From Podarcis pityusensis (Eukaryota), in assembly GCA_964106645.2 (NCBI GenBank), contig OZ067042.1: a DNA stretch of 64,000 bases. One strand, 5' to 3'. This document shows, one piece after another, positions 1 through 13,200 of the stretch. The notes below the pieces were generated by a model, which saw nothing but the letters and a program-made list of their open reading frames with translations, did not search any database and was not told where the DNA came from. The first letter of the stretch is position 1; every line of letters begins with the position of its first letter. Position numbers and translations under genes: made by a program.

Positions 1-904
1 TCCTTGTCATCAAAATGAGCCAAATGTGAATTTCTGTAACCTGGTGATGGTGGAAGGCCATAAGTTAGAATCAGTTGAATAATACTGAAATACATTTAAT
101 GGTGTATTTTGTTAATTTATTTAATAGAACACTTTGATAGCCTATAAGTCTGTGTTAGAATTCTGTATTTACAGGGCAATCCTGTATATGTCTGCTGTGA
201 ATAAAGTTTTAGTAATGTAGCTTATTCCCAAGAGTGTGGGTGTATGATTGCGGCTTTAATTGATAAAGCCTCTCTGCATAGGGGCTGTTTGTTATCATAC
301 TAGTCGTAAAACACTAGTTTTTAGGGAATATCATTACTGAAAATCCACAGAATTTATTTTTTGTGGTACACAATAATTTAGTTCCTCCATGGCATTTTTA
401 TAAAAATAACAGAAGTAAGTTCGACATATTGCAGACTTTTTGTAACTGGGCTGTCCAGCCTCTGTGCCACCCTTGCTTCTGTCCTGTGATAGGTTAAGGA
501 AGTGACTTAACACTGTCAGTTTCTGATAATCACAAGTGGCTAGAGTGCTATTGTACTCTGTTCCTGCTTTTGGACTTAGAGGGGTCTAGTTGGCTACTGT
601 AACAACAGGATGCTAGACTAAATGGGCCACTGGCTGATCCAGCAGATTCTTAAGTTCTTACTGAATATCCTCTGTAGAAACAGATGGTTTCAGGAAGAGC
701 TGAGATGCAGAGAGCCTCATGCTGTTGAGCTATTTTTGAGTAAAAATAGCTATTAAATCCTTAAATTTGTTAATCTAGTGTTCTGTGTAAGTAGCAACCC
801 TATGAATTTCTGGAAGAAAAGAGAATTATGTCAAAAGTGTCCACATTTTTTTTTTTAAAAAGCTAGTTGAACCAGACCATTGCTTAACATGTATATATCA
901 AAAA

Positions 905-925
905 GTGTGTGTGTGTGTGTGTGTG
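905..925. repeat. (GT)n microsatellite
   Basis: Read directly. Confidence 0.9.
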
Positions 926-1172
926 GGCATTTATAAACTACTAATAATTTTTTTAAAAGCAAGTGATATATAACAGAAGTAAACTTGATAGGCTATTGGG
1001 ATGTAAAGATAATGGTGATCTGTGTTTGATGACCTATTTCAATGACTAGCTTTTAATCAATCATAATTTATAAGCTCTTGAGTGTTGTCCAGAATATTTG
1101 GTGGCTGCTGAATTTAATTACATCTTTTTGGAAACAAAGAGCATAATGAATTCATTTTTGAACTTTTTAAAG

Positions 1173-1287
1173 GTATTGATACACTTAAGGAGTACAAACT
1201 GGGATACCCGCATTGCAGCTGGACAAGCTGTGGAAGCAATAGTGAAAAATGTACCAGAATGGAACCCAACTCCACGACCAAAGCAAG
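1173..1287 (+). CDS. BTAF1: BTAF1 exon ~3
   Basis: AG|[18 protein letters not shown]...PKQ|GT. Confidence 0.93.
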
Positions 1288-4200
1288 GTGATCCCAAGAG
1301 AACTAAAACTATTACAGTGAAGTGGGCTGGGGAAACCCAGCCAGATGGATGGGGTATAAATAATAAATTATTATTATATAAGTACATTTTTGTTAAACCT
1401 TGTGTGCAGCCATCTTTCTAAACCTGCTTTGCAACATTGTATGTTTGGTTATTAACAACAACAAAAAAGTCATAATGGAACACAATTTCCCCCTCTCTAC
1501 TATGAAGTACTTTATGTGGCTGTTACCTATTCTTTCACTTTGCTTAGACATATGTAAAGCTTCAACCCATTAGTGAAACGACATTGAATGGCAGTTGTAT
1601 ATTTTTGAACCAGTTACTTCAGCACGAATCTCATTCTAAGTTTTTTGTTAACCTTTACCTAGAACATGCCTGCGAAAGTCCAGTGGAAGAATCCTCTGCC
1701 TCTGATCGGTTGCGTTTTGACCGATTTGATATCTGCCGACTTCTAAAGCATGGTGCTTCTCTTCTTGGGTCTGCTGGTGCAGAATTCGAGGTTCAAGATG
1801 ACACATCTGGTACTTGCTCCTTTAATACATTAACTGTGCCACATATTTCAGCTACATTGTTTTCATTGTGTCACCTTTCGTTATCTCAAATCATTAAAAA
1901 TATTTTATAGTCTGCATTTTTGTGATTAAATATGTCTACTCATGTTTTACAACTGGTACATCAGATTTATGAAATAGAATCTGTTTATTTAACTACATTA
2001 GATACAATGGTGCAGTTCAGATGTGATGCTAAACCAAAGTATGTCTTAGCATGAACAAGCAAACAGATGGAGAGAAGATCACACCCACTGTGTTCCTCTC
2101 GGACCTGCTGTTGCCAGGGCACTAGAGGGTAAACAATGGTTTGGCTTTGCACTACAGCCAAACCTGAGCTCATGACAAACCATAAGCCTGGGTTAGTTCA
2201 ATACTAAGCAAAGCCATGGGTAGCCCACCTGCAGAAGGACTAATGGAGGAGAGCAGCAATAACAATATTCACTCTGGGAAATTTGCATTGGCTTAGTGTT
2301 AGATGCGAATTGTATCACTCCTTCCACATTTGCTAGCTAAGTCCATGAAAGAATTCACACAATATCATTGTGGGGTGTGGGTGATACCCAACCAAGCCAT
2401 ATTAAGATCTGAAATGTCTAAAATTGGAGATCTTCCTATATTCTTATGGCTCTTGCACTGTTTCTCAGTTTGGTCCCGGAATTATTGCTCATGTGTTTTT
2501 AGTTTATAAGCCATACCTATAAAAACAATCTGAAGTGTTGAAAATGTTTATATAGCAGCACTTCTAAAGAGGCAGAAATTTACCTCTTACACCATGTTGC
2601 AGATGGCAATAGCAAAAATGAAATATTTTAAATAGCATATTAATATATAAATGTGCATTTTTATGTCTAAACCAAACTTTCTATACTAGTCAAGATGACA
2701 TTATATACTTCAGACACAAAGTGTGGCAGTGAAGAGTATATATTCAAAGAAGCGGAGAAATAGAAGTTATTCTTCAGTAAAGGTTCTGCTTCTAGATTTA
2801 AAATGTGCTTAGTGCTTTCATGTTAGTAAAGGATAAGCATGCGATTAAAGACTGTTTTACTTTTTAAGGTGAAGCTGATCCCAAAGAGAGAATAGCACGA
2901 CAGAGGAAGCTACTCCAGAAGAAGCTTGGCCTTGATATGGGGGCTGCCATTGGAATGAACACAGAAGACCTGTTCAATGATGAGGATTTGGACTACACTC
3001 CTACTTCATCATTTTTTGTTCACAAACAACCTGTAGGTAAAATTTCAGACTGTTTGACTGCAAAGACTCAATATAACGTTGTAAACAATTAAGTTTCAAA
3101 TACTATGTCATAACTTCAACTTTAGGAAAATATATCACACAGTAATTGACGGAGGATGATATTGAAAGTTTTAGGTGAGGGGGGAGGTCTGTCATCCTTT
3201 AAATTTCAGATAGAAGCTACTTTTACTTACCCAAAGTGGTCCTGAATTTCCAGTTGTTACCACTTCAGCCATACATGCCCCGTGTTGCACTCCTCAAAGA
3301 ATCCTTTGCTCCCCAGAAGTGATGCTGGGTACAAGAGGCTACAGAAAGGAGGCAGTTGCATGAAATACATTTTGTGTGAGTGGAACTCCAACCATGTTTA
3401 TCTGGATCTAAGCCAGAGTAGCCAATAAACCTTTGTATCTTTCCAGACTCTTCAAGCTGCTGAGTTGATTGATTCAGAATTTCGAGCTGGTATGAGTAGC
3501 AGGCAGAAAAATAAGGCTAAAAGAATGGCCAAGTTGTTTGCGAAGCAGAAGTCAAGAGATGCAGTAGAAACCAATGAGAAGAGGTACTGTATCAATTTGA
3601 ACTTACTTACCATTATAATAGGAAGCGGGTGGCACTGTGGTCTAAACCACAGAGCCTAGGGCTTGTGTTCAGAAGGTCAGCGGTTCAAATCCCCATGATG
3701 GGGTGAGCTCCCGTTGCTCAGTCCTTTCTCCTGCCAACCCAGCAGTTTGAAAGCACGTCAAAGTGCAAGTAGCTAAATAGGTCCCGCTCCGGTGGGAAGG
3801 TAAACGGTGTTTCCATGTGCTGCTCTGGTTCACCAGAAGCGGCTTAGTCATCCTGGCCACATGATCTGGAAGCTGTACGCTGGCTCCCTTGGCCAATAAA
3901 GCAAGATGAGCACCGCAACCCCGAGTCATCCACGACTGGACCTAATGGTCAGGGGTCCCTTTACCTTTACCTTTGCCATTATAATAAAATACTTTAAAAC
4001 AGCCTTCTTCAACCCTGATGCCTTCCAGATGTTTTCGACTAGAGTTCCCATCAGCCCCAGCCAGAAAGAGCAATTTTCATGGATAATAGAAGTTGTAGTC
4101 CCAAACAATCAAGAGGGCACCAAGCTTGGAAGATTGATTTACAAAAGTACATCAGTATAGACATACTAAAACACCCTCCCTCTATTTCTCAATTTCTGGA

Positions 4201-7200
4201 GTGAATGCCATTGATCATGAGGCTAAAACAGCGCTTTCTGTGTGTACAAGGAAGGTATCTACAAGCTTGAGGAAACCCTAAGGTTTGCACGAATGCAAAA
4301 ATCCTAAAAACAGCTCTAAGGTGGCAGAACATTCTTAATAGCCACAGAATGCTGATATGACGGGCGGAGGAATGGAGTATCCTGGGAAAGCTGCCTAGCT
4401 GAAATCCTGAAAGAGTACTCTACAGTGCAACAAGTTGTCTTATTAGTTCCTTTTCAGTACTCCCAGTGCCATGTGTATATCTTGAACCTTGTCATTCCAT
4501 TCCACTCCATTGCAAGATTGGTTGGTTAGATATAGATAAGACTGTTTTCCTTCTAACTTACATTAATTGTGCATGTCCTGCATCCTTTGCATTAAAGAGG
4601 ATGTATCCCTTTGTTTCTGTCTATGATGTATAGCTATCCTAGCAGCTGCCTACAAGTTGATAATGGAATTATTTATTTCATGTAGTAAAATAATACCAAG
4701 GAATCTAGTGATAAATCAAAGCCAATCTTTTTTCTTATATTTTCAAATATAATACTGTTAAGTTTCTGATTTGGAAGCATTCCCATTCAATATTATATTT
4801 GCACCTGCATGCCCAAATTTTCCAATAGTTGCTCTGTTAGGGGTCTTAGACACTTTCATTTAAAATCGTCAATCTTTAAATGCTAATAGTGAGTACAGTA
4901 ACTTATGTGACAAGTAACTATTCTGTCAAGCAATTGGGTACTTAAACATTTCATTGTTCTTTCTAGCAATGATAGCACTGATGGTGAGCCTGATGAAAAG
5001 AGAAGAAAAATTGCAAATGTTATCATCAGTCAACCTGCAACTGACTCCAGACTTTTGGTAGAGAATATGCCAGAAGAGGTAGAGTATACCCTCATAAAAA
5101 CATGAATTGACAGCAAAATCCAACCTCAATAACTTTGTCCAGTGATTCAGTTGGTGACAGTGCTAATAGTCCGTATTATTTATGTCTCTCTTTTAGACCA
5201 ACGAATGGCCTCTGGAGAGTTTTTGTGAAGAAGTGTGCAATGATCTCTTTAACCCATCATGGGAGGTAAATAATAATAATCTTGCTGTCTTTAGTTATAT
5301 TGGGTTGAGAAGAATAGACACTTTCAAGATTAAGTTTGGGGCAGTTTTTCTAATCATTTTGTTTCCAATTTATAAGTTATTTGTATTGACACTAACCAAT
5401 AGTTCAGACCATAACATCAGTTCAGTTCTATTCATTCTGTGCAGTTCTAACCATTTTAAGGTAACTTGACATTCAAGACCACTGATGCCCTTTTCATGCA
5501 TTGGATACAGTGGGACAATTGTGTAGGCTTTCGTACAGAGATGGGGGGACCTTTGCCCCCTCAAGCTCTACATTCCCTTCAGGGTGAAATGGACCATGGC
5601 ATATCAAGGTCTGTGTGCTTTGAATGCAGGCAGGTCCCACTATCCAAATGCTCGTTACACAAAAATTCACTTGCCCAGAAGACATGAGTTATTAGTACCC
5701 AACCTCACTATAAAAGGTAAAGGGACCCTGACCATTAGGTCCAGTCGTGACCGACTCTGGGGTTGCGGCGCTCATCTCGCTTTATTGGCCAAGGGAGCCG
5801 GCGTACAACTTCTGGGTCATGTGGCCAGCATGACTAAGCCGCTTCTGGCGAACCAGAGCAGCACACGGAAATGCCATTTACCTTCCTGCCGGAGCGGTAC
5901 CTATTTATCTACTTGCACTTTGATGTGCTTTCGAACTGCTAGGTTGGCAGGACAATCTCACTATACACACCACCAATTCAGTTATCCAAACAGCCAGACC
6001 TGTGTGTAGTACTGTAAGCAAATAAGCAGTTTAACAAGGCTTACTTTTTGTGGTCTGTGGGAGGTGTTTTCCAGAACCATCTGAGAGAGGAGGAAGTGGG
6101 GGAGACTGAACAAATAAGAGAGCATTTTTTCCTTCCTGGTTTGTCTTTTGCAAGATTTCAGAGGGTTTACATAAATTGTTTCATCATTTTGGGATCAAAA
6201 TTCTGTGGTTGGGAACACATTAGAAATTTCCCCATAGGAATCAATGGAAATTGTCAACAAATGATTTCCTGAGAATGCATTGTTTGGATAGTGAGACCTG
6301 CATGTATATAAATAAATCTTGTATCATGAAACCTCTTCTTAAACTGCTAGAAACCTAATCTGTTTTGTGTTTAGATCCGGCATGGTGCAGGTGTTGGACT
6401 AAGAGAGGTACTTAAAGCTCATGGAAAAAGTGGGGGTAAAATAGGAGACAGCACTATAGAAGAGGTAAGATCAATATGCAAACCTAGATAATTCATTGTG
6501 AGCATTTGTACATTCAGCTGTAGTGCAGAGTTCTCAGCTGTTCTTTCGTTATAAAAATAATGAAGTGTTGAGAGAGGTTGCTACAGAAAGCACTGTCATA
6601 TCCTGGCACCATCATTATCTACTTTTTGGCACCAGGCAAAAATGTTTTGTTTTGTTTTTAATATGCTAGCTTTTGGACCTTCATTTTGAGAGTTTTGGGT
6701 TTATCTTGGCTCTTTCCTTGCCTTTTTTTGTAGGGTGGGTTATATTAGACCTGCCTTTTGTTTGTTTTAAATTTTTATTGTGTTCTGGTTTTTATATTTA
6801 GTTTTAATGTTGGAACTATATAGGAAGTCACATTTAGTTAACTTTTTGCCAGGAAGCGACTAAAAATGTAAGTAATAATCTTGAATATTTCACCTTTTCA
6901 AAATTTACCTTTTTTCTAAACAGATGACTCAACAACACCAAGACTGGCTGGAAGACTTGGCTATCAGGCTTCTTTGTGTGTTTGCATTAGACAGATTTGG
7001 TGATTTTGTTTCAGATGAAGTAAGTATCAATCTTTGACGCCTTACTTTGCATATGGGGCTCAATTTTCTGATGCCTTTGTTTTATTACGCTGGGTGTGTT
7101 TATTTCCCTTTAAACCTTAGGTTGTGGCACCAGTACGAGAGACTTGTGCTCAGACTTTGGGCGTAGTGCTGAAGTACATGAACGAGAGTGGAGTTCATAA

Positions 7201-10200
7201 AACTGTGGCTATCTTGCTAAAATTATTGGCACAGGAGCAGTGGGAAGTGAGACATGGTGGCCTGCTAGGGATCAAGTATGCTTTGGCAGTGCGTCAGGTA
7301 ATTGGTTTTAAATCTTCAAGGTGCTATTGTTTCTTCTTTGATTTCAAAGTCTTGGCTGCTGTATAAAGTGGCATTGTGCCATCATGTGCAATGTGTATGT
7401 GAATATCTCTACTGAGCGGTTTTGTGGGCCTTTCCTGCCCTGATCAGTACCCACCAGGAGGATGGGGTTTGTTTTGGCTTAGAAATGTGTTCTTTGATGA
7501 TAAGACTAGGTAATGCTTCCTTTGTTATTATTATTGTTATTATTAATAATAATAATAATAGTGGAACTTGCAGCATAGTGTTGGTGTATACTTCACCCCT
7601 TAAGACAGAAATAGAAAGGTTCCCCACTTTGAGAGGTGGGCAGAAAAACGTTCCTTTATTGTTTCCCACATCTCCAGGATACTTACTATAGGATATTAGG
7701 AACTCCAGCGGGCCAACGCTCCCTCCCCTCTTTTTCTTTTTATCCAGCTGTCACCCTAACATACCATGTCCCAACCGTAGATATTATTCATAGACTCACA
7801 CAGTCTGCCTGAGCTTTGGCTCCTTGGTCTCTCCTTGCTGAGCTCAAATTTCCATCAGAATTCTGTTACTCCTGGAAGTTTGCAGGTATTTGTCACCCTG
7901 TTCTGTTCTGTTTTGTTGTTTTCTTAGTGTTCTCATAACTTGCATACTTCTGTGTACCTAGAGAATATTGTGTGTATGTTGAAACTATTACATTATATTT
8001 TGAGTGACTCCATTTCAGACTGATAGACACTCATCTTACTTGTGTCTGCTGTTAGGCAGAATGATGCTAAATTACTTAAAGTGAAAATAGTCTATGTGTG
8101 CTTGAAAAGGAACAGTCATCCTGCCTACAGGCTTAGAATTTGCTTTGACCGTTGATCTTCAGCTTAAGGATTCTTGCTTTTGCAGGACTTAATTGATACT
8201 TTATTGCCTAAAGTATTGCCTGCAATAACTGAAGGTCTGCAAGACTTGGATGATGACGTTAGAGCTGTTGCTGCAGCATCTTTAGTACCAGTTGTGGAAA
8301 GCCTTGTGCATCTTCAGCCACAGAATGTAAGTAGAGCACACCGACACTTAAATGTTTTGTTACCCTTCTGAAGGAAAAACCAAGTCTTAGGAATCCATGT
8401 TTTATGAAACTCTCTTCGCCTCATGTATTTTTCATCTCTCTGTCTATAATCTAGGTTCCCTTTATTCTTAATGTACTTTGGGATGCACTCCTGGAACTAG
8501 ATGATTTAACAGCTTCCACAAATAGCATTATGACCCTTCTTTCATCCCTTTTGACGTATTCTCAGGTCCGAAAATGCAGGTAATTTAATGCTTTTCACAA
8601 TTTTAATTTTTATGTAAAAATACACTGTTTTCAAAATATCTTGCCTTAATAATATATAGAATGAATTCTACTTGTCAGCATACCTACACAGCAGCACTGA
8701 TTTTGCTTTATAAATTTATATGAATACAAATGAATATGAATAACAATGTGATCTTCTTCTTTTTCCTTCCACACTTGCCTCAGTATTCAGCAATCACTCA
8801 CAGTTCTGGTACCACGTGTGTGGCCATTCCTACATCATACAATATCATCTGTTCGAAAAGCAGCATTAGAAACTTTGTTTACCCTATTATCTACAGAGGA
8901 TCAGGTGGGAGTTATTTACCTTCTAGTGGTCTTCTGGACATTGATGGACCCTTTCTAATCTATCAGTTACTTCTTTGTTCATCTTCTCATTTTCCGTTGC
9001 TTTTAAAAGTCTCCTCCTATTTTTTTAAGTTGGTTCAAAAGGGTTAATATTTTATTGGATAAAAATACATTGATGTAGAGTTTTTGTCTTTCCAGTATGG
9101 CTTGCCGGGAGTGGGGAGAGTTGTCCCTCCAACTGTATGAGAACTAATTTGTAAACTTCTACCACTCACATATACTGTGTGTATAGCACACTCAAGTGAG
9201 AAAGGAATTACTTTTGCTTCCTCACCAAAACAGTAGCTATATTGCTTTATCTTCCTAAAAATAAAAATAAAAACCATTGGTATCCTTATTTGAGAATAAG
9301 CTTGTTTTGTTAGAATAATCTGCTTTGATAATTTCTTATTTGCTGTTTCTAGAGTTCTGCAGCCTGGCTTACTCCCATTTTGCAAGACATGCTAAGACAT
9401 ATATTTCAGTTCTGTATTTTAGAAAGCAATCAAGAAATTCTGGAACTAATACATAAGGTATGTGCCCTTTTGCAACTTAAATTTACCTTGCCCTGTTTGT
9501 CAATCTGGTTGTGTGCGGATGCTGTCTTCTAATGTTCTATCTTTCAGTTTTAGCACTGGTCAAATCTGATTTGTACCATGAAGTGTGAAATGCTGTTCCT
9601 TGGAATATGTCGGTGAAAATTGTGGATGTATTTTATGTGCACAGAAAAGTCTTAAAGAAATCGGTAATGTAAGATGTTTGAATATGAAGGGTTGTTGTTG
9701 TTTTTTAATAATCCTGTGAATGTTGTTGTTCTCCTTTTTTTAGGTGTGGCTTGAATTACTAAACAAGGCTTCCCTACAATACGTAGTAGCAGCTGCGTGT
9801 CCGTGGATGGGAGCCTGGCTCTGCTTAATGATGCAGCCGTCACATTTGCCTATTGATTTAAATATGTTGCTAGAAGTGAAAGCCAGATCAAAGGTCAGAA
9901 GAGACCTGTATTCCTTTGGGTGGTGTTTTGCTTATTTTGTTGCATTATACTATGGAGCAATCTGAACAGTGCATGTCACAAGCTTAGGCATTTTCTAACT
10001 AAATGCTTACACTTTTTGGCAAGGGCTGCCTCTTACTTTAAGAACCATGGAGCCTGAAACCATTCAAGGCTCAGGGGTTGCACCAGAAGGGTTAGTAGTA
10101 TTGAAGACAAAGCTACGCAATGCATATTTTTAGAAATTATATACATTCTGTAAGAGTGAGGATTGTTTTCTAAATACTATTTGACTTGAAAAGGTATTAC

Positions 10201-13200
10201 ATTGTAGTGTTAAATGTATATGTAATGGAAGGCTGCTTTTCTCATATCTGTAGCCCAAATTTAAAAACAAAAGAGTAGGATGTGAAAGCAAATGAGGCTT
10301 GCGCCAACAACTTTTTATATCTTGTTCATAGGAAAAGACAGGTGGCAAGGTGCGGCAAGGTCCAACCCCGACTAAAGAAGCAGTACAGGAATATATTGCT
10401 GGAGCAGAAAGTGTCGCCGAAGATCTAGCAACCAGGGATTATGTTGTTATGAGAGCCCGGATGATGGCAGCAAAGTCAGTTTATTACTGAAAATCTTAAA
10501 ACAGGGGTTTTTTTTTGAAAATCAATGAGTTTATAGACAAGCTATTCATAACATAATTCAAGTTTGATTGTGCAGAACAGTGTGTTACTTGAAGTGTAAC
10601 TAATATAAAATTGATTGTTGTTCCAGATTGCTTGGAGCACTTTGCTGCTGTATTTGTGATGAAGGTGTGAATACTGTTTCCCAAGAAATAAAGCCAGCTG
10701 AATCTCTAGCCCAGCTATTGCTTTTCCACTTGAATTCCAAGTCTGCTTTGCAGAGGTTTAGTGTTGCATTAGTAATCTGTGAGTGGGCTTCCTTGCAGAA
10801 GGTAAGACATGTACTGCAGTAAAAATGCATATTTTTTCAAAGTTAAAACATTAAGCTCCAGTTATATTTTTGGAGCAGATTTACATTTTCTTTATGCTGT
10901 CATGAGCTGATAAGCGAGGTGCTAATTTTAATGTTGAAAGCATGTAGCTGACAGGGCTGTGTTCAGTACTCCTGATGCACATAGACTGTGACTGAAAATG
11001 TATTGCGAGGCATGCATGTAGTGAGAAAACTGCGTTCCGAGCTTCTCGGAGGTGGAGTAGAGTGGGTGGGTGACTAGCAGTTTGATATTAAGCCATCAGC
11101 TGTATTGGACATGTAGAACTAGTTGCATCAATTCTTTGCCCCCTTATAAGCAGTTGTATATGTTGGAAATGCCTGTTTTTGTAATAAAAAATAAAAAAAA
11201 TTTTACAAACCCAAATTATTCTTCAAGGACAATGAAGATTGCTTGCACTTAAAATAGCTAATTTGACAGCTGAACGACATGGTGTTTGCTTTCAGGAAAA
11301 CAAAGAAGTGACTGCTGCTGTCCAGTCACGCTTGCTTGGGGTCCTTTCCGAGCATCTGTATTATGATGAAATTGCTGTTCCCTTCACCCGAATGCAAAAT
11401 GAATGTAAACAACTCATCTCCTCGTTCACTGATGCAAACATTGACATGGGCAGCAGAGTAAACTGCAGTGTGTTTACAATAGATCAAGCGAATGAATTGG
11501 TGAGTGACTCAATGAAAGGGCTAGCCTCCAATCTTTAGGTGAGCAGTGTAAAAAAGAGCTTGAGCAGCCGTGGTAGCATACAAGCATTCACCTGTGGCTA
11601 CACAGAAAGATATTGCCCCCCCCATGCATATTACTAATAAATATAGTGTGGAACGTATTACCAGTCTTCAGAGTGAAATCCCTTTCCATCTTGTAGAGGT
11701 GTCTGGCTTGTAGATGTGGACCGTATAAGCAAAGCAAGGCACTTCTTCCTCAGTGTATCTTTCACCTCTAACAGAGCTGGCCAGATCTTAATTTCACAGA
11801 AAGGACCGTATTAATCCCCTCACCCCAGGAAAAAAGTTTCAACAGTTAAGTTTTTATGAGAATAACTTGTGCATACTGTGTTTTGCAAAGAGTACACTAG
11901 TTTTCTTTGATGCATTTTGTTAATTGATGTGTAATTCGTTTCATAAGTATTTGCTGCAGCCACTTCCAGTTGCAAGGAAAAAGCACTGAAGAACAGAATA
12001 GTATTGCAATTGCCTAATTGCAAGATGGGAGCTGCCACTAAAAATATAAGATACAGTGGAACCTCGGGTTGCGAACCTGATCCATGCGGGAGGCACGTTC
12101 GCAACCCACAGCGTTTGCAACCCACAGCGCTGCGTCTGCACATGCACAAGTTGCGATTTGGTGTTTCTGCACATGCGTGGGCGCCGAAACCCAGAAGTAA
12201 CCCATTCCAGTACTTCCGGGTTCGGCGTGGTACACAACCCAAAAACACGTAACCTGAAGTGTCTGTAACCCGAGATACCACTGTACTGCTATCTTAAGGC
12301 AGCAAGGTACTACTACTGCAAAAAAATGAAAATGAGTCAGTATATGGTAGCTTCTACCCTCTTTAGGGCAACAGAATAAGCTGCAAGCTTCTCAGTCCTC
12401 CTTTACCTTTTCTGGCTGCTGGTAAAAGGGATCTGTTCTCATACTGAGATTCCAGAACAGGCAGAAGGATATTGAAGTACAGGCACACCCTCATTAAGAG
12501 GGTCTACATACGGCTCAGCTGATAATCAAGGCCTTCCTTTTCATCATACTTATGAAACTTGGAAACACGGGGAAATTATGCATCAATGTTTAGTAATGGA
12601 TCTATCTGGACAAAATTTTGTCCAGGGTATTATGGACTATCTCACATTTGCCACTGCCACATCTCTGGCAGTTTTCTCTAGAACGCATTGAGCACTGCAA
12701 TGGGTATGCTAAGCATCTTAACTACTAAGATTTTACTATGGAAGCTTATTTTGAACTTACATGTACTCTTGCCTTCCTTGGCTACTTCTGGAGGTAGAGC
12801 GTACAATATCACTTGTCGGGGGGGGGGGGTAGCAAAAAACAAGTATCAGCTTCTAGCACCATGTGTAAAAAAACGAGCAAACTTTGCTGTCCTTCTTTCT
12901 GTTGTAATAGAGCAATGTTGCTTTGGGTTGATTTTCATTTTCTTAGGTCACTACTGTCTTCAGTGAAGCTACAGCCTCTCTTGATCTAAATCCTAAAGTT
13001 CTGCAGCAGCTAGAAAGCAAACGACAACAAGTCCAAATGACTGTTTCAGAAACAAACCAGGAATGGCAAACATTGCAGATGAGAGTTCATACTTTTGCTG
13101 CCTGTGCTGTTGTGAATCTTGAACAACTTCCAGAAAAACTAAACCCTGTCATAAAACCACTGATGGAAGCTGTCAAGAAAGAAGAGAACACATTAGTACA

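Noticed and set aside
11820-12281. Cluster of overlapping ORFs on both strands (also 55439-55893 and 37601-38054)
   Set aside because: Explained by GC-rich MITE, microsatellite or repeat sequence that lacks stop codons.
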